Part shown: positions 51,901 through 64,000 of the stretch, piece by piece
Numbering within the stretch: the stretch's first letter is position 1
How the letters are laid out: each line of letters opens with the position of its first letter
From: Paramecium tetraurelia
Taxonomy: Eukaryota
Assembly (NCBI GenBank): GCA_000165425.1
Contig: CT868023.1
Location: 186,001 to 250,000 of the forward strand
Length of the DNA: 64,000 bases
Direction of reading: 5' to 3'
Notes under the pieces: generated by a model
Databases searched by the model: none
What the model was told of the DNA's origin: nothing
What the model saw: the letters and a program-made list of their open reading frames with translations, nothing else
Position numbers and translations under genes: made by a program

Positions 51901-54900
51901 AATAAATCCTTGTGATGATAATATAATACCCTTGAAATCAATATTAAATGATGGACTTAGAAGTTTGATTGAAATAAAATGGACCTATTTTGTAATTGGG
52001 TCAAATGGCAAAGGTAATATTGACAACTTTATTGCTTCATAAACAAAATACTAGATTTTAGAATTAGTTATCCCAATCTAAACTCTACCAAAGTAGTCCA
52101 ATATTACCTTTGAGATAGAATTTAAAAATTTTGTTGCAGAATTTGGTGTAAAATCAATTCGATTTTAAACTCATTCTGGTCTTTTCCCCACTATCCTTTG
52201 GGTTTCCAAACCTATCTATTATACTTTTGAACCTATTGCTATTGAATTTAAAATAAAAAAAAAGGTTTGCTTGGACACTGATGCTACTTAAGTTGATAAA
52301 TCTTAATACTCTTTATCCTTAATTGAAGTGCATAAGAACGATTCTAATTCCAGGTCATCAAGAGTGAATTATTCAGAAATCACAAGTTAAAACAGTTTTA
52401 TTGTTACCATTGAAAAATATATTTTGACTCCAATGGTTGCATATACTTTTGAATAAACAACAAACGATTTAATACTTAACTTTTCAACTAAAAAAAATAT
52501 TACACTTGAAATTAGCTCTGGAGGTATTATGTGTCAATTTAATGGCACCAAAAAGATTTAGAATTTTAGAAAAGATACTTAAATATTCATATCTTGTAAA
52601 GACTTAGATACTTAATATGACTGGAATTAGGATCCTAATATTGAAATTGATATCAATTGTGTTGACTTTAATAGGAATTCCCTCTGTGTGGATTTATAAA
52701 ACAAAATAATCCATATCAATAAAACTGATCCTTTCCAAGTCATTCCAAAATACACAATATCTCCTTACACTATTTAATGTTGGACAGTAGTAGCTAAAAA
52801 ACTATCACGCTCATTTAAATTTTAAGTTAAAATTGTCTATATAGATCAAAATTTTGAATTATTGAATGTCACTTATAGTTAAGGGTATTTAAAGAGACCA
52901 GTCAATAACTATGAAAATTTGGAGTTCACCATTAATATTCCTTTTCAAGATAGGTAGTATCTTCTTGAATATCAAGTGGCTATCATTTATAATTTTGAAC
53001 TCATAAGGATTTTACAATCTGAATACTTTTAATTCTAATTTAATATATTTGATTAATTTTAGAAATTTTCAGAAGGAAATACAATTAATTTGAAATTTTT
53101 GGCTTAGTTTACTAATGAGATCATACCTTGCCAAGAGGATTTATAATTAACGGTTAATTTACCTCCTTCATGCACGGTGAGTTTGAGTGAATAAATAGTT
53201 CAAGCATTAAAACCGTAAAAGATTATATCAAATTGCCTTTTTTCAAATGCAGCTCCTTTTACCTACTAATTGAGATATTTTCTTCATAATTAAGATTTAA
53301 TTGATTTTTTGAGTAGAAAAAATGATTATTCATTAATTTTGAGTCCTTATTCAAGCTCAAATATTATGGAAGGCTCTTTTCCATTTTCTGATGGCTTTCT
53401 TCTGATATAAGCAATGGATTCCAAAGGATCATACTCAAATATTTAAAGATAGTTAAATATAACTTAGATTGTGCTTAATTGTTCCTAGATAAATATTTAG
53501 CAATATCCTTTAAGATATTAAATTTCATTATTATTAGAAGTTATATTGAACCATCAAGATTAATAAAATTGTATTGATTTTTCCTAATAGTTGTATTCAT
53601 ATATCAAAGCCTTTTTAAATGCTGAGGATGATGATGATTAATTCTTAGTTTATCAGACCGTGAAAGTGTATAAAAGAATAATTAGAAATCGTAATAATTT
53701 GAACACTTCAAAGAGATTATTAGAAGATAAATAAGAGAGTTGCTTTTAGAATTCTTCAAAATCATTTTATGTCTAAAGTACACTGTTTAATAATTCATCA
53801 TTTCTAAATGCATCTAGTTTGCAAGCAGATTTACAATATATTATGGATACTGTTTAGAAAATGATAAAAAAGTTAACTGACATTAAAGATTAAATTAACA
53901 AAAATGATTTGTTCTTGAATGAAAAACTGTATTAGAGCAAAGTAGCCACTTTGGAGTCTTTATTAATTGCTTAGCTTTTAATAGATGATATTTATCTTAA
54001 GATTCCTATGGCCAACATTAATTCTACTTTAGATAAAGAAAAGATTTTTTAAATAGCAGAGGGATTAATAGGTCTTTTTGAAGTGATTTCAATGCATGTT
54101 AACGATTACGCAAAGGTAAATGGCCCTCCTTTAATTAACGATGGGGAAATCATAAAATGGAAATTATCCAAAATTACTAAGGTATAATTTAATAAACAAT
54201 TTAACATTGAAAGAGATTAATTAGATGAATTGATTGAATTCGTTCAAAAAGAACAAATAGAATTAAATTACAATTATTTAAATCTATCTCAACAATTATA
54301 AACATAATTGTAAGACTTCTATAATGTTACCACTATAAAAATATATGAGAAGAAATAATAGAGAGTTTATCTATAGAATCATCTTTATAATAATCGTTCT
54401 CTACATTATTAGGATCCACTTACAACATACATAATCGATATGATTTAAATTCCTTACTGCTAAGAATAGGTTCCTTTAGAAAAACTCTATACATATGAGT
54501 GTGTTAATATCAATCTGAAAGGATAATTATTTAAATGTGATTTTATAACAGAGGAGATTGATAATAAAACTATGGTAATATCTTGCAGATGTCAAAAACT
54601 AGGAAGTATCTTTTTAATTTAATACCACAACAACTCAGCTCTATTATAAAATGACACTTTTAATCCTTAGGAAAATAGAATTGACAATTCAAATGAAAAA
54701 CTAGATTAGTAACCAATTTTATTATTTCATGGCATTTTCATCGTTTTTTCTTACCTCATCTATTATGAATTACTTTAAATTGAAATGAGATCTAAATAAT
54801 TACAGATAGAATCCAGATTAGAAACAGAAAATAGTGTAGATCCAGCTTTTTTCTACGTAAAAACTCAGTAAATCATCTTTTATCCAGGAAATTTTGCTTT

Positions 54901-55504
54901 ATTCAAAAAATACTTCAAAGTAAATAGCATTATAAATATCTAGTTTATTCATGAAGTATTATCCTGCTTTTATATGGATGATCCTATACTTCCAAAAAGT
55001 TATCGGTTTTTGTAGCTATCAATCAAAATAAGTATTTTCATCCTATTTTCATTTTTGTAACTCACTCTGATTGATATATTTCCAATATCCATAATATCAT
55101 TTGCCAATTGCGGAATTTACTTACTTATTAGAATGATTCTAAAAATATTTTAGTCGATTTACAGATTTGGTGGGAAATGTAGTAATTCTGTTATCATCTT
55201 TTATCTACTAATACATTTCTTATGTTATCTAGGGCTTGTTCTATAATTGAAGCAATGGTAAATATGAATTAATCCTTTTAGTTAAACAGAAATTTAAATA
55301 ATCAACCTTAAGGTTTCCATTATTACAATAGTTTCACTCCTTTAATTTTATGTCATAATCGAACCATTTATGATATTCTCAAGAATATTTCTTTTTAGGC
55401 ATATTGCCATGTAAAGTAGACATTAAATAATTACTCCTTTGAATTAATTAATCTACTTTTTTGTTAAGCATAACACATTAGATGAACATTTGAATAATTA
55501 TTGA
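45969..55504 (+). CDS. giant Cys-rich (furin-like repeat) surface receptor with REJ-like region, GPS-like motif and C-terminal TM segments (PKD/REJ-like)
   Basis: Signal peptide, two FGGY..G repeat domains and many CHY(S/T)CxTC...CxCxxGYY repeats. Then REJ-like ISCKDLD and TVNLPPSC segments, the motif CRCQKLGSIFL, and several TM helices. Many tiny introns. TGA at 55502-55504. Confidence 0.85.
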
Positions 55505-55549
55505 AATATATTATATTCACATAATATAAAATTTTTATGGAATCTATCT

Positions 55550-57662
55550 TCAGGTTCTTCAAATTTATTTAATTATTGCACTCACTGTATTGGATTTTAA
55601 TGAGGAATTAATTAAATCTGTGTAACTCCAGAAACCTATTTTTTTTTTTTACACAATAACTGGATTTCTTAACTTAAGTCAAATCATAATAGAGCTTCTT
55701 ATAGTTTCTAATATATTTAACAAAATATCGTATATGCTTGCAAACCCTTTTGTGGATTGAGGTTGAGAATTAATTTATAATTTTATTTGAAATTTATAGA
55801 TGATTCATTATCGTTATAATCAATAGATGTTAAGTATTAAATAAAGTAAGATATTGAAGTATTAATATTATATAAGATGAGAAATAATCTTCATAATCCT
55901 TGCTAAGGATATTCTCTATAGTTAGGATTTTTCAAGAATAATACACAATATCAATATCTCTCCAACGCTTGGCTCCTTAAACTACATAACCATAGAATTT
56001 AAAATATGGTTAAGCTTATTTGATACAACCAGAGATTCATCCTTAATCAAATCTTATACTGTAAAGTTAGATTTGAGTGTTTCAAACAAATTTAAAGCTC
56101 AGTAATTTTTTCTCAAATGATTCTCTAATATTCCTTCAGATCCCATATTCGTTGTTCAGATAAAAATTATCATTTCTTTATCTTATTAGATTTTTTACTT
56201 CTTCACAGAATATCCATTTAAAACCAATATATAAAAATAATCCTAAAGTTCCTTTTTGTCATTATCATTTATACTGATATCTATCATATACACCTTGCTT
56301 TCCTTTCCTTTCCCAAATAAGCTATCCTTATCTCCTCAGTTCTTTTAATAAAAAGGCCAGGTACACACAGAACTAGTTTATTCTGTATTTCCTAATAATA
56401 TTGAAACCTGGTCATGAATAATTCCTCTAAAAAAATAGATCTTGTGTGTAACTCATTTAAACAAAACTCAATCAACAAAAATTATTAGCCTCGCCATTCT
56501 TTAGATAATATAACAATAAAATTTCTTTTTAGTTATTCACTTCTGATTAAATTACCATCATTAAGAAAATTTCATGTTTTCGATCAATTACTTTTATTGA
56601 TTCGTTGATCAAGCCGTACTTTAGCCAAACTAATGTTTATTTTGCATACTCCTTAATCTAACAAGTATGTTTATACGCATGTTATTTTACATAGTCTTCT
56701 AATATATTTATTTAATTAATTATATTGAAAGAGTCAAGAATTTTAAGTTGTATTTCTCATTCATAAAATATATTGATAGATGTCATATAAGAATTTGTAT
56801 TCTTATTAGAATTTTAAGAGTATTTCTAATAGAATTGGAGGATACATTTAATAATTTGAGAAATTAAAAAATTGCAATTTAATTTTAAACCATACTATTT
56901 AAAGATGAAAGCCACCTAAATTATTCACAATTTATTCTGAATAATATTGAAACAACTTTAAAGAAGGCTAGTCTTGCTTAGAAATACAACATTATTCTAT
57001 CTTATGACTTTATTCATCTGTTTTTCATTACTTAAGAATCTTTAATTATAAAAATGGTTGCCTTTACTGGTTGTTGAAACTCAATTCTCTGCATAATAAA
57101 TTTAAATTCCATACTATTCAATTATTTTGAAAGTTCTAAACCAATATTTCAAAAATAAATTACTTTGTCTCAAGGATTGTAAATATTTCTTGATGCTTTC
57201 TTGAAGAATCAAATTTCTTTGATCATAAGACATAGTAAATACGTTATTACATCAATCATTTATACTTTTAAACCATTTCCTATTCTTCAGTTTTATAATA
57301 ATCTATTAACTTAGTTGTTGAATCCTTCATAATATTTCTTCAACTTCACTCTCAATTTCATTTCCTACTAATAGTAATATATTTTATTTTGTGATTCATT
57401 TGCAATATCACCTTTTCCTTTCAACTCTTCTTTCAAGGTTTTTTCTTTGAACTTTTTGATTTGCAATCATCCTTACAATATCCTTTTTTATTTAAATAAA
57501 CTTTCACTTGTTTTACGAAGGTTGATCTTAACATTCTAGGTTTAAACTTCATAAATTAGCAATTTTGATATAACATTTTCTTAGAAATTTTAGGAGAGTT
57601 ATCGATGTTATCTTTATTTTCTTCTTTGAATCATTTGGATTTATATACTACCTAGTGGCCAT
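55550..57662 (-). pseudogene. probable decayed gene
   Basis: ATG at 57662 (MATR) with an intron-like segment is followed by long protein-like stretches broken by repeated TGA codons and frameshifts. Confidence 0.4.
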
Positions 57663-58207
57663 ATATATGGAAATAAATGAAATATAATTAAATAATAATA
57701 TAAATTATATATTAATATTTTCGCTTTATAAAATTTATTGAAAAAAAAGGGACATTACTTTTGATAGTCTTAAAAAGTGGTGTTTGTTTCAAATTTTTGA
57801 ATGAATTTCAAAAAAGATAATTTACATCAACATATGAATACCAACATAAGTACTTTGATTAAATTAATGATAAGGTCTTTGGAAAATAATATTTATGAGT
57901 AAATGAGTTCATCTATTTTAATAGTAGAGCTTTATAATGTTTATAATGTCAGAGACTTTTCTTAAATTCATTGATTGTTTAATTATAAATCCTGAATTAT
58001 TTCAAAGATTATCAAATATATTTTTAAATTTTTTCTTAGTCACTTAAATACAGTAAAGACTTGTTGACTTTCTAAAATAAGAATTTATCATCTAAAACTG
58101 TGACAACTGATTTTTATAGATATTATTATTAGGAAAAAAATTAATATTATGCACAGAATGAGAATTTAAATGGAAAGATATAATCACATTTAAATAATTA
58201 TATTAAT

Positions 58208-61200
58208 ATGGTTTTTTTAATAAAGGCAATTATACTCTTATTACCCTTGCTAAGCCTAGCATAAAGAGTAAAACTTTAAGGATCGAAGTCTATACGTATG
58301 AATTGCAGAGAGATAGACAAAAGTTTAAAAAATTAATTTATTTTAGCAAACAATGGCTTTTTGGGAAGTTAGTACTTTTATCAGTCCCTTTCATAATCTA
58401 GAACTCTGCAAAATCTTGATAAGATTACATTTACTTTATGGATAAACGTTTATGAATAATCCAAATTAAATGGGAAGTAAATTTTGTTTGCTTTTGTTGA
58501 TGGCAACACAAATAATCCTGTAAAGTATTTATTCATATTAGTATCTTAATTTAATGTTGTATTACTAATAATCTACAGGAAATTATAATATGACATTAAC
58601 GAATTAGAGATAGTCTCCAGAAATCCTTAACTTAACACGGTATAAATTTTATATATTCAAGGTAAAATGATCTTTATATTGGCAGCTGGTATCATATAGT
58701 TTTATCTATAGATTAAAGCACGAACCATACATTTATTAATTTGAAATTTTTTTCTACGATAGATTAATAGATGAATTCAATTTAGGAGACTCTAGTGAAT
58801 TAAAAGTAAATAATTTCATTAGTATTAGATTAAAATATAACTTTGGGGTACATTCTAGAATAACAAATGAGTAATTATTTGGCTCCTCTACTGATTACAA
58901 AGCATGTGTCAACATTGCTAATTTTTATTACCATAACGGATGGACAACTATGGATTCAGAAATTTATTTGGACTATGATTTAGAACTGAAATTTTTTTTA
59001 AAACCTTATCAGTTAAAAGGTCTAAATGTTTCAGATTAATATATGAATGTAAATCTGAGATAAAAGTCTAACCCAATAATTTATAGTGATTCTATTGGAT
59101 TGTTGTTGTTTAAAAATACACAGATAGTGTACACATTTATGGAGGATCTAGTTTCCTTAACAATGATGTTTTGGATTAAACCATAAAATATAAAATCGCT
59201 TTTTTAGTTTATTTCTTTGACTGATGATTCATTGTAGTCGACAAGCTTAGGTTTTGGAGTAAATTTAGATTATTAATTATAATTTCATTAAAATTATAGT
59301 AATTATTTCTTAGGTTTACTTGGTAATAAAACATGGTTTCATGTGACAGCAGGTGTTTTGGAGCTAAGTTATAATGCTGATTTTATTCCAACAAATTAAA
59401 AAAAGCTATTAAGAGTTTATATTAATAGTGAATAGGTTTCATAGAAAATCATATACAACATAAGATCATACAAAAGATTAATTTTTGGACCACTATTTAT
59501 TGATACTATTGGAGCAGAAATGATTGATATTTAAGATATCAGAATTTTTAAAGGTTATGGCATTTAAGAAGGTCGAGGAGATTGCTTACTATTTGTTGGG
59601 TCATATTGTGCATTCTGTTAACCTAATACTCATTATTGCTATGAGCAAGATCCAAATGATGATACAAATATTTATATTTGTGCAGCTGGCTTTTATGAAA
59701 CTTAGAACGGCTGTTATCCTATAACGATATAGAATTGTCTTAGACAATAAAGACAATAGTGTAAAATTTGTGCAGATAATTACAATTTATAAAACGGATA
59801 GTGCTATTAGATAGATTCTTTAGTGTCTCCATATGCTTGCTAAGATTCTAATGCAATATTTTGCATTAGAAACATATTGAAATCTATTGCTGAGAAGACC
59901 ATTATTGAAATGAGCAAACTTTGTAAAACTAATTTTAACACTTAGAATATTAAGGCTCATTGCCAAGAAGATTTATCAAATAATTGCTTGTAGGCTCAAT
60001 ACTTTTAAAAATGCTTTAAATGCAGAAAAGATTACTATTTAACAGAATTAAATACATGTGAAAAGACTTGTACACAGGATTACAGATTTTCATATAATCA
60101 AGTTTGCCTAAAAAAGTGTCCAGAAAAATATTTATACGAGTATGATTGTAAAAATACATAATAACAACTTATATACACATGCAACAGTGTGAAAAATTGC
60201 AAAAATAACGTAAGTAATATCAGTTATTATTGTCTAAATGATATCGAATTAACGGGTAAGTATTTAAAATGTGATCATCCTAATTCAAACTAGGATAATA
60301 AAAACTAACTGGATTGCCACTTATCTTGTAAATATTGCTTTGGTGGAAAGGAAAATCAATGTCTGGGCTGTTATGAAGATTAATTCTTTAGTCCTTATGA
60401 TACAACTTGTGTGAAGGATTGCAATAATCTTAGAATGTTCAAATATAATAATAGAGATACAATGGTTTGCGAAATAGAATGTCCACGACCTTATTTAACA
60501 TAGGAATTAGAATGTGTCAAGAATTGTAAATATGGCTATGCTATTTATAATGCTACAGTATGTCTTCCAAAAACTAAAATTACAGATAATTTCTTAATGA
60601 CTTATTATGATACTTCCCAATAAATAACTATATTTGTTGATTGTCCTGAAGTTTGCTAAACATGCATAAGTGAAAAAATTTGTACTAGTTGTCTAAATCA
60701 TTATATTTTAAACGACAATAAATGTCTTACAACATGCTATCCACAATATCTCTATGTTAATAAAGATTATGTCAATCATTGCTTAAATAACTGTGATCCA
60801 AATGATTTTGTATATGATAATGTTAATATTGACGGATATTCAATTAGACAATGCTTCAAACTTAAATGTGGCTCTATCTAGATTAATAAAAAGTAATAAA
60901 CTTATTTACATTAAACGAAATATCGTACTTGTGTTTATCCATGTGACGATCAGTATTATCCTGAATAAAAAACAAATTAATGCTCTAAATGCAACTCACC
61001 TTGTTATAATTGTTAAAACTCAGCTAATTTTTGTACTAAATGCTTGCCAGGTTTATTTCTATAAGATAATAGTTGTATAAATCCCTGCATTTCTAAATTT
61101 AAAAATTATATCAATAATCAGTGCGAAGACACATGCTCTAGCGGATTTACAATTAACGATAAAATTAATGGCATTAAATATCAAGGCTGTGTTTCTTTTT

Positions 61201-64000
61201 GTGGGGAAATATTTTCTATGTTCCTTTATATACTCAATTTTTAATGCTACCAGACTCCCCCCATTGGAGCGTATTGCATAGGCTACTAATGTTACGATTG
61301 CTATTATTAATGCAAGACTTGTTCTGGTCCCTAACAAAATGAATGTTTATCTTGTTATGATAACACATTTTTTTTTGATAATTAGTGTGTAGTAGATTGT
61401 GATACTTAGTTTCATGATTTATTAAATTGGAAATGCGTCGATGTTTGCCCAAGCAATTCATACACTACTACATCTCTCAATATATTAATTAATACAGAAG
61501 TTAAACTAAAAATATTCTGTTCCTCCACGTGCTTACATAATTAATTCTAATATTAGGATTAATGTACTGATACCTAACCAGAAGGAACTTCCTGTGTTCA
61601 AAAGTCTGATTATAAATTATGTGATAAATGTGTAACTGAATGTGAGGAATGTGTTGACCACTATTCAACTACGTGTTAGAAATGTAATCCAGGATTTTAT
61701 TTATACAATACTACTTGCTCATAGGAATGTCCTGATGATATTCCTTATAAAGATACACTTAAAAATATCTGTGTTGATTTTTGTGACAATAATTATTATC
61801 ATTAAAATGGATTTTGCGTTGCTAGCTGTTTAGAAAATTATTACAGATACGATGCTCAGAAATAATGTTATGAATTTGATTGTCCAAAAGGAACGTATAA
61901 CAAAGTTTCTACACTTAATTGTTACGATTGTTCTCAAGGATGTGCTACTTGTCAGGATGGAAAATCAAATTCATGTATCACATGTAAAGAAGGATATTTT
62001 CTGCAAGGTACTTCAAGATGTACAAATGTCTGTAATGTGAGTCCAGATCTTTATTAAGATTGGATTAATGGAAAATGTGTTAACTAGTGTCCAACTGGAA
62101 CATACTTGTAAACTTTACCTAGTGAGTAACTAGCATGTAAAAACACTTGTCCTTTATATTATTATTCGAATCTTTGTGTTGCAATATGTCCTGTTCAATC
62201 TTTTCTTGAAGGAACAACTTGCACTTCATGTGCAGGAGCTTGTAGGCTGTGTTATGGTAGATAAGCTAACCAATGCACATAATGTAATTCTGGATATTAT
62301 TTGGCTGATACTACTTGTGTTGAAATATGCCCAAATGCAACGCCTTATTAAAATCTAGCTGATTAAACTTGTGTCTCAATTTGCCCACAAAATCATTTCT
62401 TGTATTTAGCAAAAAAATACTGTTTTAGCTATTGTCCAAGTACCTTAACTATTTATCAATTAAATGGTAAAAATGAATGTGTTGATTAATGTTATTCTAA
62501 CTCTTATCTATACTCAAGAACGTGCTATCCATGCCATAGTTATTGTTAAGAATGCTATGGACCAAAAAATGGAAATTGTTTATCATGTTCATCAGAATAC
62601 TATTTTTATGAATAAAAATGTGAAATATCTTGTCCATCATAATTATACACTGATTTACTAGATAGAAAGTGTAAAGTGTCTTGTCCATCCACTACTGTTA
62701 TATAAGGTTAGTATTGTAAAACCAATTGTGATACAAATTATTATTAATATGGCTAACTTTGTGTCCTAAACTGTCCACAATTTACCTACAAATTAAGTGA
62801 CAAATGTTTACTTTGCAACCCTCTATGTAGGTCTTGTAGTGGACCTTTAGCAACTTAGTGTTCTTCCTGCTTAGAAAATTATTTATTAAAAGGCAGTACT
62901 TGTACACAAGCTTGCCCAAACCTATATGATTACGAGACATAACAATGTGTGAGCACTTGTGATAAAAAGCATGAGTTAACTGATTTCAAAAGTTGTGTGA
63001 CAACTTGTCCTGCTGGATATCTATAATGTAGTGGAAAATGTTTGAAAACTCCACCAGATGGGTATTATTCAGATGGAGTATATTGCATCTAATGCAATAG
63101 CAAATGTACCAAATGCACATCCCTAAATATATGTTAAGCGTGCAGTAGAAACTACTTTCTAACTTTGTAGACCTGTGATAAGATTTGTACTAATAAATAT
63201 CTTTACATGGATCCAACAACATAGACTTGCGTTACAAAATGTCCACCCTAACTTTTTCATTAAGAATCTTATGATAAAAGGAGTTGTGTTTAGGATTGTT
63301 TTTTAGGCTTTAAATTTAATGATTAATGCGTTAATTCTTGCCCAAAAGGAATGTATATTATGAATAATTTCTGTACAAATTGCCCTTAGAAATGTGAAGA
63401 ATGCACTTCAGTAACAAATTGCACTGCATGCTCTCAAAATTATTTTTTGGAAAATGGAAGGTGTTAGTTAGGTTGTTTGGTTGGCAAAATGGATTATACC
63501 ACTCATGAATGTGTCTCATAATGCGATCCATCATTATTTGAATATCAAAACTCATGTTTAGTTAGCTGTCCCACAAATCCAGTATTATATTATCATTCAA
63601 ATATTTGTATGGATGCATGTCCAAAAAATACATTCTAGAATAATTAAGAATGTCTTGATTGCGATGTGTCATGTTCATCATGTATTGGCCCATCAAACAA
63701 TGATTGTCTAGTTTGCAAAGAAACTTATTACTTGCATGACTAATAATGTACTCTCACTTGTCCTCATTTATATAATGAAGTAGATAGATCTTGTGTTATT
63801 TCTTGTCCTCCAAATCTTCTTTTAGATGGAAATAAATGTATTTTGATTTGTAGATAGTACATTTACTCTAATGCTTGTTTGTCAAACTGTCCACCTGGAA
63901 CACACGATGCAAATTTCATATGCTACGATTGCTCTTAGGATTGTCTAGAATGCGATTCTTTTGGCTGTATTAAATGTGGCAATGGATCATTTTTAAATGA
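58208..64000 (+). CDS. giant secreted/surface protein: LamG/ConA-like domains + furin-like Cys-rich repeats; 3' partial
   Basis: Signal peptide MVFLIKAIILLLPLLSLA. LamG-like motifs TFTLWINV, WYHIVL and TWFHVTAG. Then many CxxC/CPxGxY repeats running off the window end. Confidence 0.85.

Noticed and set aside
45969..64000. Periodic TGT/TGC-rich repeats as a CRISPR array or satellite
   Set aside because: They are degenerate protein-level Cys repeats within coding frames, with no identical repeat-spacer structure.

Overview
AT-rich, gene-dense ciliate DNA, very likely macronuclear sequence of Paramecium (aurelia-group-like). TAA/TAG read as Gln, only TGA terminates, introns are 21-31 nt GT(A)...AG and intergenic gaps are often under 100 bp. 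The supplied ORF track uses the standard code, so it fragments the real genes and includes antisense shadows. Hand-translation with the ciliate code gives about 25 genes: 3R-Myb, RING-TRAF E3, ANTH, EF-hand/FAM161, USP20/33-like, EF-hand protein, ankyrin-anoctamin, PA-domain sorting receptor, UBR-box E3, uDENN protein, BAH-PHD protein, CCA-adding enzyme, Rab, two giant Cys-rich surface proteins (one REJ/GPS-like) and several small or unknown ORFs. Four tracts look like decayed genes. The most notable items are an ankyrin-repeat TMEM16 lacking most canonical Ca2+ ligands, an EBS/SHL/EPR-1-type BAH-PHD chromatin reader, and a Cys-to-Ser pseudo-deubiquitinase. Coordinates are from manual reading, and family calls are from motif recognition, not database searches.
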